The notes under the pieces are model-generated. The model was not told the DNA's origin. It ran no database searches and worked only from the letters and a program-made list of their open reading frames with translations. A program made the translations under genes and the position numbers. Positions 9,413 through 19,162 of a stretch of DNA of 57,096 nt are shown piece after piece (position 1 is the first letter of the stretch; each line of letters starts with the position of its first letter). This DNA comes from Acidobacteriota bacterium (GTDB taxonomy: Bacteria > Acidobacteriota > UBA6911 > JACQSX01): assembly GCA_036507075.1 (NCBI GenBank), contig DASXQR010000132.1, positions 1 through 57,096 on the forward strand. The letters are read 5' to 3'.

Positions 9413-10573
9413 ATGGCGACCGAAGTTTCCTTGCCAGTTCCAGAGCTTAGACAGGCTCCCGCCACCGGGACGCCGGAGGCTGTGCCCGAGCCGAAAGCTG
9501 AAACCGCTGGGCGACTTGCATCGCTCGATGCCTTCCGCGGTTTCACCATGTTCTGGATTATTGGCGGAGCCGCCGTGGTGAGATCGCTCGCAATTCTGGG
9601 AAAAGATCCCGTCACCGGATTCCTGGCGTATCAAATGGAGCACACGCCGTGGCGCGGGTTGAGATATTACGATTTGATCTGGCCTTCCTTCATGCTGATG
9701 GTGGGGGTTTCGGTCGCGTTTTCTTATGCCAGCCGGTCGCGCGTGCAGAGTCACGGCCGGATGACAGGGCACGCATTCGCCAGAGCTCTGATACTTTTTC
9801 TGCTCGGCTCGCTGCGCACTTCCGTTTCATCAGGCTCGGCGGCCTGGATCGAGCTCAGCAGCGCGCTTCAACCGATTGCGGTCGCCTATTTCATTGCATT
9901 TCTGCTGGCCGGAAACTCGGCGCGTCTTCAGGCCGCCGCCGCCGCCGTCATCCTGGTCGGATACGGTCTGCTGCTGCACTTCGTGCCGGCACCGGGCATC
10001 TCGCCTGGAAGTTACCAGAACAACTTAAATCTGGTGAGCTGGGCGGATGTTGCCGTGCTTGGCCGGACACACCCTGAAGGGTGGGGAACTGTGCTTTCGA
10101 CGATTCCCACCATCGCCACCACTCTTTTAGGTTTACTGATTGGTGAGCTCTTGCTGAGCAGCCGGACACTCGCCTACAAAATGAAAATCATCGGCTTAAT
10201 CGGTGTCTCTGGAATTGCTCTGGGATTAGCTCTGGATCCCGTGGTACCGGTCGTGATGAAACTCTGGACCGTCTCCTACGGCATCGCTTCAGCCGGTTGG
10301 GCTTGCCTGCTGTTCTTATTCTTCCTTTGGATCATTGACGCCCGAGGCTACCGCGGGTGGTCATTGGCATTTGTGGTAATCGGCATGAACGCGATTGCAG
10401 CTTATCTTGCCGGTACGCTGGTTTCTTTTTCGCGAATCGTTTCCCCCTTTACAAATCTAATCGCACCGTGGCTCGGAGTGTCGGGCGCATTGGTCAGGCC
10501 GCTGGCGGTCCTTACCGTTGAATGGCTTGTCCTGTACTGGATGTACAGGCGAAAGATTTTTATCAGAGTGTGA
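9413..10573 (+). CDS. HGSNAT/NagX-like (DUF5009-type) membrane acyltransferase
   Basis: RLASLDAFRG, DLIWPSF, HPEG, KLWTVS and GMNAIAAY motifs; GGAGG before ATG 9413. Confidence 0.85.
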   Translation: MATEVSLPVPELRQAPATGTPEAVPEPKAETAGRLASLDAFRGFTMFWIIGGAAVVRSLAILGKDPVTGFLAYQMEHTPWRGLRYYDLIWPSFMLMVGVSVAFSYASRSRVQSHGRMTGHAFARALILFLLGSLRTSVSSGSAAWIELSSALQPIAVAYFIAFLLAGNSARLQAAAAAVILVGYGLLLHFVPAPGISPGSYQNNLNLVSWADVAVLGRTHPEGWGTVLSTIPTIATTLLGLLIGELLLSSRTLAYKMKIIGLIGVSGIALGLALDPVVPVVMKLWTVSYGIASAGWACLLFLFFLWIIDARGYRGWSLAFVVIGMNAIAAYLAGTLVSFSRIVSPFTNLIAPWLGVSGALVRPLAVLTVEWLVLYWMYRRKIFIRV

Positions 10574-10598
10574 ATTCCCGATTCCGCTTTGGCCTGAC

Positions 10599-11774
10599 AT
10601 GATCCTGCTTCCCCTGCTTTACCTGTTCTTCAATTTTCAGACGGCAGGCCAGAACGAAACCAGCGAGAAAACAGACGCCGCTATTGCTGCGGTCGCGGCC
10701 TGCCGTCCCTGCCACGAGGAGATAGTTCGAAGGTTTGTCAACACCGCGCATTTCAACACATCTCGCCCGGCCGCCGCCTATTCAGTCAAAGGCAGGTTCT
10801 CGGATGGTCATAACATCCTCAGGACCGTCAAGCCGGAAACCTACTTTAAGATGGAGCAGCGCGATGGCGCGTTTTATCAGACCGGCTATCAAAGGACAGA
10901 AGGCGGCACACAGGTCAGAACTGAAAAGTTTGACCTGGTCATGGGCTCCGGGAGAAAGGGACAGTCATACCTCTTCTGGAAAAATAGCCTGCTGTTTCAA
11001 TTGCCCGTCTCTTATCTGACCGGAATCAATGACTGGGTCAACAGCCCGGGATATGTTGATGGAGAAGTGCAATTTGACCGCATCATTCCGCCACGGTGCC
11101 TGGAATGCCACGCCACAAATTTCACACTGGAATCGACTGCGGGCCGCGTGAAATATGCGAGTGAGTATCTACTGGGTATTTCCTGCGAAAAGTGCCACGG
11201 CCCGGGCGCTCGGCATGTGCAGTATCAAACCGATAATCCGCAGGAAACATCCGCGAAATACATCCTGAACCCTGGAAGCTTCAGCCGCGCCAGAAGAATA
11301 GATAACTGCGCCCTCTGCCATTCGGGTATCGGACAGCCGCGACGGCCATCTTTTAGCTACAAGCCGGGAGAAAACCTGGAAAAGTATTTCGCGCCACAAT
11401 CCCAGGCGAATGCACGGCCCGATGTCCACGGAAACCAGGTTGCTTTGCTGCGCCTGAGCAAGTGCTTTGCTTCCAGCAGCGACTTGACCTGCTCGACCTG
11501 CCATGATGTTCACAGGGAACAGAGAAGTACCACCGAACTTTCCCAGAGATGCGCGCGCTGTCATCAGCCTGATAAGTGCGGTATGTTCATCAAGCTGGGA
11601 AAGCAGATAGCGGAAAATTGCATCGACTGTCATCTTCCGAACCAACCGAGTCGATTGATCACAATTATGAGGCCCTGGGGGAATTACGCGCCATCGTATC
11701 GCAATCATCTAATCGGTATTTATCCGGCGGAGACGGCAAAGTTTCTGCAGCGACTGAAGGAGAACAGAAGGTGA
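10599..11774 (+). CDS. Multiheme c-type cytochrome (7 CxxCH motifs)
   Basis: CRPCH, CLECH, CEKCH, CALCH, CSTCH, CARCH, CIDCH; signal peptide from ATG 10599. Confidence 0.85.
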   Translation: MILLPLLYLFFNFQTAGQNETSEKTDAAIAAVAACRPCHEEIVRRFVNTAHFNTSRPAAAYSVKGRFSDGHNILRTVKPETYFKMEQRDGAFYQTGYQRTEGGTQVRTEKFDLVMGSGRKGQSYLFWKNSLLFQLPVSYLTGINDWVNSPGYVDGEVQFDRIIPPRCLECHATNFTLESTAGRVKYASEYLLGISCEKCHGPGARHVQYQTDNPQETSAKYILNPGSFSRARRIDNCALCHSGIGQPRRPSFSYKPGENLEKYFAPQSQANARPDVHGNQVALLRLSKCFASSSDLTCSTCHDVHREQRSTTELSQRCARCHQPDKCGMFIKLGKQIAENCIDCHLPNQPSRLITIMRPWGNYAPSYRNHLIGIYPAETAKFLQRLKENRR

Positions 11775-13426
11775 AGGGCGTCTCAGTTGCAATCGGATGC
11801 CTGCTTGCACCCGTTTTTCTCTACCAATCCCCATCCCCCGGCCCTCGGGTGCGGTTCGTGGACGTGGCGTCGCAGTCGGGAATCACATTCAAGCATGAGA
11901 ATGGCGCCTCAAAAAACAAGCTGCTGCCGGAAACATTCGGCTCCGGCGTCGCATGGCTGGACTACGACAACGACGGCCTGCTCGATTTGTACTTCATAAA
12001 CGGCGCCGATCTTTCACAGGGAAAAGCATCGCCGGGAAATGTTCTATACCGCAACGTGGGTGGCGGAAAATTCGTCGACGCTACCGCCAGGGCCGGTACC
12101 GGCGGCCATGGCGCTTTCGGAACGGGAGTCGCCGTGGGAGATTACGACAACGACGGATTTGTTGACCTGTACGTGACGAACTTTGGCGCTAATATTTTGT
12201 ATCACAACAACGGCAACGGCACATTCACGGACGTGACTGCCAAAGCGGGAGTGAGCGGCGGCGGCTGGAGCAGCAGCGCCGGATTTTTCGATTTCGATCG
12301 CGACGGCAGGCTGGATTTGTTCGTAGCGAAATACCTGGATTACAACATTGACGACAATCCGTACTGCGGATTTGAAAGAGAAGGATATCGGATGTACTGC
12401 GATCCGCGGCTGTTTGACGGAGTTCCGAACCAGCTTTTCAGGAATAAAGGGGACGGCACCTTTGAAGACGTATCGAAGCCGGCTGGTATTGCCAATCCCG
12501 CGGGCAAAGGATTGGGCGTTGCTTTCGGAGATTTTGATCTGGATGGCTACGTCGATGTCTACGTAGCCAACGACGGCGTCCGCAATTTCCTGTATCGAAA
12601 CAGCGGCAACGGCACTTTTGTCGATCTGGCCTACAGCGCCGGCGTCGGTTTCGACGGACACGGGAAACCGCAAGCGGGAATGGGGACGGAGTTTGGGGAC
12701 TACGACGGCGACGGGCTGCCCGACATATTCGTCACGAATTTCTCAGAGGAGCTCAACACCCTGTACCGCAATCTGGGAAATCTGGCGTTTGAAGATATAA
12801 CCGAACAGGCCGGTTTGAGTTCTGGCTTCCTGCCGCTTGGATTTGGAACAAAGCTGTTTGACTTCGACAATGATGGAGATCTGGATATTTACGTTACCAA
12901 TGGACACGTGATCGACAACATCGCGTTATATAACAGCCGGCTTTCTTACGCCCAGAAGGATCTGCTTTACCGGAACACGGGAGGGCGCTTTCGAGACGTG
13001 TCTGCGGAAAGCGGTTCCGCCTTTCAAATCGAGCATGTAGGGCGGGGAGCCGCCGTGGGCGATTTCGACAATGACGGGGACTTGGATATTGTTGTGTCCA
13101 ATTGCGGCCAGCGCCCTATTTTGATGAGAAATGATGGCGGAAGCCAGAACCATTGGATCGCCATCAGGGCACGCGGCAGAGAAAGCAATTCCTTCGGTCT
13201 GGGTTCCAAGGTCCGTGTTGAAACCAACAGCAGAGTACAGTCAAAAGAAATCAATAATGCAGGAAGTTACCTGAGCAGCAGCGATATCCGACTGTATTTC
13301 GGTCTCGGGCGTGAATCCAGGGTTAAGCGAATTGAAATCCTGTGGCCCAGCGGAAAACGACAGTCGTTAACGGACGTAGCTGCGGATCAGTGGCTGCAAC
13401 TGGACGAAGCACGAGCCGAACGATGA
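11771..13426 (+). CDS. CRTAC1-family FG-GAP repeat protein with ASPIC/UnbV domain
   Basis: Repeated DYDNDG/DFDNDG motifs; GSYLSSSDIRLYFGLG...IEILWPSG; GTG start overlaps the upstream stop (GTGA). Confidence 0.9.
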   Translation: MKGVSVAIGCLLAPVFLYQSPSPGPRVRFVDVASQSGITFKHENGASKNKLLPETFGSGVAWLDYDNDGLLDLYFINGADLSQGKASPGNVLYRNVGGGKFVDATARAGTGGHGAFGTGVAVGDYDNDGFVDLYVTNFGANILYHNNGNGTFTDVTAKAGVSGGGWSSSAGFFDFDRDGRLDLFVAKYLDYNIDDNPYCGFEREGYRMYCDPRLFDGVPNQLFRNKGDGTFEDVSKPAGIANPAGKGLGVAFGDFDLDGYVDVYVANDGVRNFLYRNSGNGTFVDLAYSAGVGFDGHGKPQAGMGTEFGDYDGDGLPDIFVTNFSEELNTLYRNLGNLAFEDITEQAGLSSGFLPLGFGTKLFDFDNDGDLDIYVTNGHVIDNIALYNSRLSYAQKDLLYRNTGGRFRDVSAESGSAFQIEHVGRGAAVGDFDNDGDLDIVVSNCGQRPILMRNDGGSQNHWIAIRARGRESNSFGLGSKVRVETNSRVQSKEINNAGSYLSSSDIRLYFGLGRESRVKRIEILWPSGKRQSLTDVAADQWLQLDEARAER

Positions 13427-13478
13427 CGTTGCTGGTTGGGAACTGTTTGCTTTTTAGCAAGTTTTCCTAATCAACTTC

Positions 13479-13620
13479 CAAATGCGGAATGCGGAATGCG
13501 GAATGTGGAATGCGGAACGCAAAATACGGATTGCGGATTGCTGAATATCTGCAGCCTAAGGCTTCGAAGCCGGGGCCAGAAACTCTTATTCCGCATTCCG
13601 CATTCCGAAATCCGCATTTG
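13479..13620. repeat. Inverted heptamer (GCGGAAT)n / (ATTCCGC)n array between convergent genes
   Basis: Read directly; forms a hairpin with a non-coding loop. Confidence 0.85.
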
Positions 13621-13627
13621 AAGGCGG

Positions 13628-14749
13628 CTACCTTGACTTCTTTCCCGGCTGCCTTGCTTTCTCCCTGATTTGTTCCAGCAGAGGCGCGTCCACCGGGCAC
13701 CCAAGTTTCTCGGCTTTTAACGCTTCCTCTAATGAGCGGGCGTATTCTGCCCGCGCGAACAACACTTCAGCTAGCTGCCGGTGCGTATTTCCGTGGTCCG
13801 GACTGATCTCGAGCACGCGTGAATAAGCCTGCAGCGCTTCCGCGTTCTCAGCTCGCTGTTGATGGATCAATCCGGTCTCAAAAAAGACGTCGGCCTGAAG
13901 TTGCTGAAAATAGGGCGAGCTGAGAAATCGCCTTCCCTCCGGCGTTGCCAAAGCCAATTCCTTCAGCGCAGCAGCAAACAGTTTCTCGCGCCGGTAAACC
14001 TGCGCAAGCTTAAGGTGACCTTCGGGACGAGAAGGATCGAGTGCGATTGCTTTTTGAAACAATTCCCGGGCCGCTTGCAGGTTCTCTTTTTCAAAATAAA
14101 TCGATCCGAGCGTGAGGTACATCTCGGGAATCACGTATTCTGACTTGACGGCGATCTGTAATTCCCGGATTGCGTCTTCTGGCTGCTTAAGATCCAGGTG
14201 CGCCAGTCCGAGATAGTAGCGGGCGGCAGTGAGAGAGGGGTCCAGTTCCAGTGCCTTCTTGTTTTGCCGAACGGAAAGTTCAGGGTTGCCTGACTTGCGA
14301 TTCGCCTCTCCAAGCAGTGCCAGAAAGTACGGACTGTCCGGTTTCGTTTTCAAGCCGCGCTCCAGCTCTTCCTTCGCTCGCTGCGTTCGACCCAGCTCCA
14401 GGTAAATCTTCGCAAGATAAAATCTGGACCAGATCAAACCTGGATCGATCGCAAGCGCCTGCGCCAGCTCCGCCTTGGCTTCGGCGATCATTTCGTGAGA
14501 GCCTTGCAAAAAATATGCCTCACCCAAGAGCATATGGGCTTGGGCGGACTTCGGATCGAGAGCGACAGCCGTTTTGAGCTCCTCAATGGCTTTCCCTATC
14601 TGATGTTGCTGCAGGTATGCAGCGCCCTTGCGTAGAGCCGCTGTTTGCGCATCTGCCTGCTTATCGTTCTGCAAGGCCGGGAGGATCAAGGAGGCGAGCA
14701 GGAAGGCGGGCAGCGAAAAAACTGAGAGAAAGCTCAGCATGAGCCGCAT
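13628..14749 (-). CDS. Tetratricopeptide repeat protein, exported
   Basis: Repeated ALxLDP...AHxxLG units; signal sequence. Confidence 0.88.
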   Translation of the reverse strand: MRLMLSFLSVFSLPAFLLASLILPALQNDKQADAQTAALRKGAAYLQQHQIGKAIEELKTAVALDPKSAQAHMLLGEAYFLQGSHEMIAEAKAELAQALAIDPGLIWSRFYLAKIYLELGRTQRAKEELERGLKTKPDSPYFLALLGEANRKSGNPELSVRQNKKALELDPSLTAARYYLGLAHLDLKQPEDAIRELQIAVKSEYVIPEMYLTLGSIYFEKENLQAARELFQKAIALDPSRPEGHLKLAQVYRREKLFAAALKELALATPEGRRFLSSPYFQQLQADVFFETGLIHQQRAENAEALQAYSRVLEISPDHGNTHRQLAEVLFARAEYARSLEEALKAEKLGCPVDAPLLEQIREKARQPGKKSR

Positions 14750-14750
14750 T

Positions 14751-14852
14751 CTAGTACTTTTTCACCACAAAGACACAAGACACAAAGTTGACGCCTTTGT
14801 GCCCTTTGTGTCTTTGTGGTGAAAATTTCTAACCCGAACTTTTGCAACTAAA
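14751..14852. repeat. MITE-like element with internal CACAAAG hairpin
   Basis: Starts CTAGTACTT; internal inverted repeat; right end matches the reverse complement of 1425-1460. Confidence 0.7.
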
Positions 14853-14892
14853 CGTTTACAATTGACAGATCACAACCAATCGAGGAGGCGCC

Positions 14893-15777
14893 ATGAAGTC
14901 CGAAACCCGAAGCATTCTTCGAATCTGTTTTTTGATTGTACTGCTGCTTCTGCTGTCGTCGAATTCATTCGCGCCGGCTCGTTCGCACCAGGAAGATGCC
15001 GCCGTTACCCCCGCGCAGACGATTGAACTGTTCAATGGAAAAGACCTGACCAATTTCTATACCTGGCTGGTTGACTCCAAATTTGAAGACCCCGACAAGG
15101 TCTTCACTGTGGTTGATCAGGTGGATGGCGAGCCTGCGATTCGATCCAGCGGGCAGCACTGGGGCGGCCTGATCACCAGGGAGCGATATGCCAATTATCA
15201 TTTGAGCGCACAGTTTCGCTGGGGCTCCATAACCTGGGGAGCCCGCAAGAACAGGACCAAGGACAGCGGGATTCTGCTGCACTGCCAGCAGCCCGAAGGC
15301 GCCTACGACCCGGATTTCAACGCTCCCTGGATGCGCTCGGTTGAGTTTCAGATCATCCAGGGAGGAGTAGGCGACATCATCCTGGTGCGGGGCCATACAA
15401 AGGAGGGCCGGCGAATTCTGCCCTCAGTCACAGCGACTGTGAAGCAGGACCGCAACGGCCAGTTTGTCTGGGATCCCAATGGTCAATCCAAGACCTTTGA
15501 GGGTGGTCGCATTAACTGGTACGGGCGCGATCCCGACTGGAAAGACCAGATCGGGTTCCGCGGCAAAGAAGATGTGGAAAGCGCGGATGGACAGTGGAAC
15601 CGGATCGAGGCATTCTGCGACGGCGCTACCTTTACTTATCTGGTTAACGGCAAGATTGTAAACAAAGCTTCCGGCTCCGATTTGACCGCGGGTAAACTGC
15701 TGTTTCAGTCTGAAGGAGCGGAGATCTTCTTCCGCCATATCGAGCTGCGCCCGCTGCCGGCAAAGACGTCCCAATGA
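14893..15777 (+). CDS. DUF1080 / 3-keto-disaccharide hydrolase family protein
   Basis: LFNGKDL, DSGILLH, GQWNRIE and QSEGAEIFFR motifs; GGAGG RBS. Confidence 0.88.
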   Translation: MKSETRSILRICFLIVLLLLLSSNSFAPARSHQEDAAVTPAQTIELFNGKDLTNFYTWLVDSKFEDPDKVFTVVDQVDGEPAIRSSGQHWGGLITRERYANYHLSAQFRWGSITWGARKNRTKDSGILLHCQQPEGAYDPDFNAPWMRSVEFQIIQGGVGDIILVRGHTKEGRRILPSVTATVKQDRNGQFVWDPNGQSKTFEGGRINWYGRDPDWKDQIGFRGKEDVESADGQWNRIEAFCDGATFTYLVNGKIVNKASGSDLTAGKLLFQSEGAEIFFRHIELRPLPAKTSQ

Positions 15778-16364
15778 AGACTTGTCCCTGGCCCCGTACC
15801 GACGCTTTGATGATCGCATACCATGACACAGAGTGGGGTGTTCCGCTGTATGACGATCGGAAGCTTTTTGAGTTTCTTGTTCTTGAAGGCATGCAGGCCG
15901 GCCTGAGCTGGCGGACGATTCTGCACAAGCGTGAGAATTTCCGCCGCGCGTTCGATGGCTTCGACCCGGAGAAAGTGGCGCGCTATGGAAAAGCAAAGAT
16001 TGAAAGGCTCATGGCCGATGCAGGCATCATTCGCAACCGGCAGAAAATCGAAGCCGCAGTGAAGAATGCTCGAGCCTTTCTTGCAATTCAGGAGAAGTCT
16101 GGGAGCTTTTACCAGTACGTGTGGCAGTTCACGGAAGGAAAGCCGATTTTGAATCGCTGGAAGAGTCTGAAGGATCTGCCTGCCTGCTCGCCTGAATCCG
16201 ACGCGATGAGCAGGGCCCTCAAGGAAAAAGGATTTCGCTTCGTTGGCTCGACCATCTGCTACGCGCACATGCAGGCTACCGGCATGGTGAACGATCATCT
16301 TGTCGCGTGCTTTCGCCACACTGAATGCCGGAAATGCGCCCGAGATTTGCCGGCGGGACTCTAG
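15774..16364 (+). CDS. tag: DNA-3-methyladenine glycosylase I
   Basis: YHDTEWG, LEGMQAGLSW, IIRNRQKI, FVGSTICYA and NDH motifs. Confidence 0.95.
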   Translation: MKTCPWPRTDALMIAYHDTEWGVPLYDDRKLFEFLVLEGMQAGLSWRTILHKRENFRRAFDGFDPEKVARYGKAKIERLMADAGIIRNRQKIEAAVKNARAFLAIQEKSGSFYQYVWQFTEGKPILNRWKSLKDLPACSPESDAMSRALKEKGFRFVGSTICYAHMQATGMVNDHLVACFRHTECRKCARDLPAGL

Positions 16365-16589
16365 CACTTCGTTCCATAAATTCGCATAAGAAGTGTTTAC
16401 CACAAAGGCACCAAGGCACGAAGGGTAATGAGGAATGCGGAATGGGGAATGCGGAATGCGGAATAACTTCAAGTTATCTCTTCAAAACTTGGAGCAAACC
16501 ACTTCTTATTCCGCATTCCACATTCCTCATTCCCCGTTCCGCATTCCTCATTACCCCTCATAACCCTTCGAGCCTTGGTGTCTTTGTGG
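16361..16589. repeat. Nested repeat: CTAG-initiated end, outer CACAAAG inverted repeat, inner GCGGAAT heptamer inverted array
   Basis: Outer arms about 16399-16425 and 16563-16589; inner arms about 16425-16465 and 16507-16556. Confidence 0.8.
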
Positions 16590-16604
16590 CAAGAATCTCA
16601 TCCA

Positions 16605-18092
16605 GTGACCAACAGCTCGCTTTTAACAGCCGATAACGTTACGAAAGCCTATGGGGGAGTTCAGGCGCTCAGAGGTGCTTCCTTCCAACTGCGCGCGGGC
16701 GAAGTTCACGCTCTCGTGGGCGAAAACGGCGCGGGAAAATCAACACTCGTCAAAATCATCACCGGCGCTGTGCAGGCCGATCAAGGGCAAATTACACTCG
16801 ACGGCCAGGTGATCTCGAATAATTCACCGCTGGCAGCCAAGTTGTTCGGCATCGCCGCCATCTATCAGCAACCGGCGCTTTTCCCGGAATTGACAGTAAT
16901 GGAAAACATCGCGCTCGGTCTGGAGCACAAGCGCGCGTGGCGCATTGACTGGCGGCAGCATGGTCGCCAGGCAGAGGAACTGCTGGCGCGCGTAGGCGCA
17001 AAGATTGATCTGCAGACCTGCGCGGGTGACCTCTCCATGCCTCAGCAGCAGCTCGTGGAAATCGCACGCGCCCTGGGCGCTGACGCCAGAACTCTGGTCA
17101 TGGACGAGCCGACCTCATCGCTCTCTGAGGAGGAAACCAGGAACCTGTTTCGCGTGATTGGGGAACTGCGCGCGCAGGATGCCGGCATCATTTACATTTC
17201 ACATCGACTCGATGAGTTGCCGCTGATTGCCGACCGCGTCACCGTGCTGCGCGACGGCCGTACAATTGAGACGCGCGAAATGTCAAAAGTGGATCGTCAC
17301 GAACTGATCCGATTAATGGTAGGGCGGGAGTTATCCGCGGTTTTCCCGAAAAAGTCCGTTCAGCCGGGCGAAACAGTTTTGGAGCTTCACCGGCTCAGCT
17401 CTCATGCCACCGGTGTGCGGGACGTGTCATTAACGGTGCAGGCTGGCGAGATTCTGGGACTGGCCGGGCTTGTCGGTTCGGGCCGCACAGAACTCGCGAG
17501 GACACTGTTCGGCTTGACGCCGGTGGATGGCGGAACAGTTCTGCTGCGCGGTGAGCCGGTCGGCATCAAAAGTCCGGCGGATGCCGTCAGGTTGGGGATC
17601 GCCTATCTGCCCGAGGATCGCCGGAGACACGGCGTGATTCTCGAGATGGCCATAAGCCCGAACATGACTTTGGCGGCGCTTGATCGGCTGTCGCGTTTCG
17701 GTTTTCTCGACTTCCGGCAAGAACGTCGAATCGCCGCAGCCTACGCTGAACGGCTCGGGATCAAAACGCCCTCGCTGCGGGCGGCTGTCGCAACGCTTTC
17801 GGGAGGCAACCAGCAGAAGGTGGCGTTGAGCCGCTGGCTGGCGACCAAGCCGAGCGTGCTGGTGCTCGATGAGCCCACGCAGGGAATTGATGTGGGCGCA
17901 AAGGCCGAGATTCATTCTCTGATGGTTGAACTGGCCGCACAAGGGTTGGCGATCCTGATGATTTCGTCCGAGCTGCCCGAGATCCTGGGAATGAGCGACC
18001 GCATCGCGGTCATGCATGCCGGCACAATATCGGGAATATTGGATCGCGCCGAGGCCACGCAGGCAAAGGTCCTGGCACTGGCCCTGGGATGA
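16605..18092 (+). CDS. Sugar ABC transporter ATP-binding protein (two ATPase domains), probably for rhamnose
   Basis: GENGAGKS, MDEPT, LSGGNQQK and LDEPTQGIDVGAK motifs; GTG 16605 chosen because it lies outside the repeat. Confidence 0.92.
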   Translation: MTNSSLLTADNVTKAYGGVQALRGASFQLRAGEVHALVGENGAGKSTLVKIITGAVQADQGQITLDGQVISNNSPLAAKLFGIAAIYQQPALFPELTVMENIALGLEHKRAWRIDWRQHGRQAEELLARVGAKIDLQTCAGDLSMPQQQLVEIARALGADARTLVMDEPTSSLSEEETRNLFRVIGELRAQDAGIIYISHRLDELPLIADRVTVLRDGRTIETREMSKVDRHELIRLMVGRELSAVFPKKSVQPGETVLELHRLSSHATGVRDVSLTVQAGEILGLAGLVGSGRTELARTLFGLTPVDGGTVLLRGEPVGIKSPADAVRLGIAYLPEDRRRHGVILEMAISPNMTLAALDRLSRFGFLDFRQERRIAAAYAERLGIKTPSLRAAVATLSGGNQQKVALSRWLATKPSVLVLDEPTQGIDVGAKAEIHSLMVELAAQGLAILMISSELPEILGMSDRIAVMHAGTISGILDRAEATQAKVLALALG

Positions 18093-19033
18093 AACTCAAC
18101 CGCTACAAACGCGAAATCTCGGCCGCTTTGGCTTACGCTGCTCTGTTATTGCTGGTCGGATTGGTGGCACCCGGCTTTTTCAGCGTGGCGAACTGGCACG
18201 ATCTGGTGATGAACAATGCGCCGGTGCTGGTTGTCGCCGTGGGGATGACGCTCGTAGTCCTGTGCGGTCACATCGACATTTCCGTCGGTTCGCAGTTTGC
18301 CGTGTGCAGCGTGGCCGTCGCCTGGCTGGCCAAGGCCGGAATCCCGATGCCGCTGCTGGTGCCGGCGGCAATTGTATTCGGCGCAATGCTCGGCGCGGTA
18401 AACGGCTCGCTGGCAGCGCGGTTCAAGATCCCATCTATCGTTGTTACGCTGGCGACAATGGTGGCCTGGCGTGACGGGTTGCGCTGGATCACCGAGGGCG
18501 CGTGGGTGCAGAACCTCCCCGTTGATTTTCAATGGTTTGGCCTGGGGCAGGTCCCCGGAGAGTTGCTTATAGTGGCCGCGTCGGCAACCGTGTTTGGCGT
18601 TTTCGTGTGGCTGCTGAAAAATCTCTGGGCGGGGCGGGCCATTTACGCAGTCGGATCGGATGCTGAAGCAGCGCGGCTCGCCGGCATCGAGCCCGGGACT
18701 GTGGTCTTCAGGGTGTTTGTAATCATGGGCGCGCTCGCGGGCCTGGCGGCGCTGTTGAATGCCGTGCGCTTTGCGCAAGTGCCGGGCAATTCCGGATTGG
18801 GCCTGGAGATGAAGGCGATTGCCGCAGTTGTGGTGGGCGGCACGGCCATTACCGGCGGGCGCGGATCGTTGGTCGGAACGCTCATCGGCGTCGCCTTGCT
18901 TGGGACCATCGGCACGGCGCTGATCTTTCTGGGAATTAATCCTTTTTGGGAAAAGGCGATTCAAGGAGCGGTAATCCTGGCCGCTCTGGCTTCAGACGTA
19001 GTGCTGGGACGTTTGAGCCGTCAGAGAATTTAG
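18089..19033 (+). CDS. Sugar ABC transporter permease
   Basis: IDISVGS, GRAIYAVG..AARLAGI and IAAVVVGGT..GGRG motifs. Confidence 0.92.
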   Translation: MKLNRYKREISAALAYAALLLLVGLVAPGFFSVANWHDLVMNNAPVLVVAVGMTLVVLCGHIDISVGSQFAVCSVAVAWLAKAGIPMPLLVPAAIVFGAMLGAVNGSLAARFKIPSIVVTLATMVAWRDGLRWITEGAWVQNLPVDFQWFGLGQVPGELLIVAASATVFGVFVWLLKNLWAGRAIYAVGSDAEAARLAGIEPGTVVFRVFVIMGALAGLAALLNAVRFAQVPGNSGLGLEMKAIAAVVVGGTAITGGRGSLVGTLIGVALLGTIGTALIFLGINPFWEKAIQGAVILAALASDVVLGRLSRQRI

Positions 19034-19037
19034 GACT

Positions 19038-19135
19038 GTAGCGACGCGATAAATCGCGTCTGAGGAGGGCGCAATAAATCGCGCCAGGACGCGACATGTC
19101 GCGTCCAACTCAGACGCGGCATGCCGCGTCTCTAT
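19038..19135. repeat. GTAG-type REPIN (GTAGCGACGCG...CGCGTCTCTAT)
   Basis: Four short palindromes; near-identical layout at 24206-24326. Confidence 0.8.
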
Positions 19136-19162
19136 AAAAATAGAAGGATCGTTAAAGACGGC

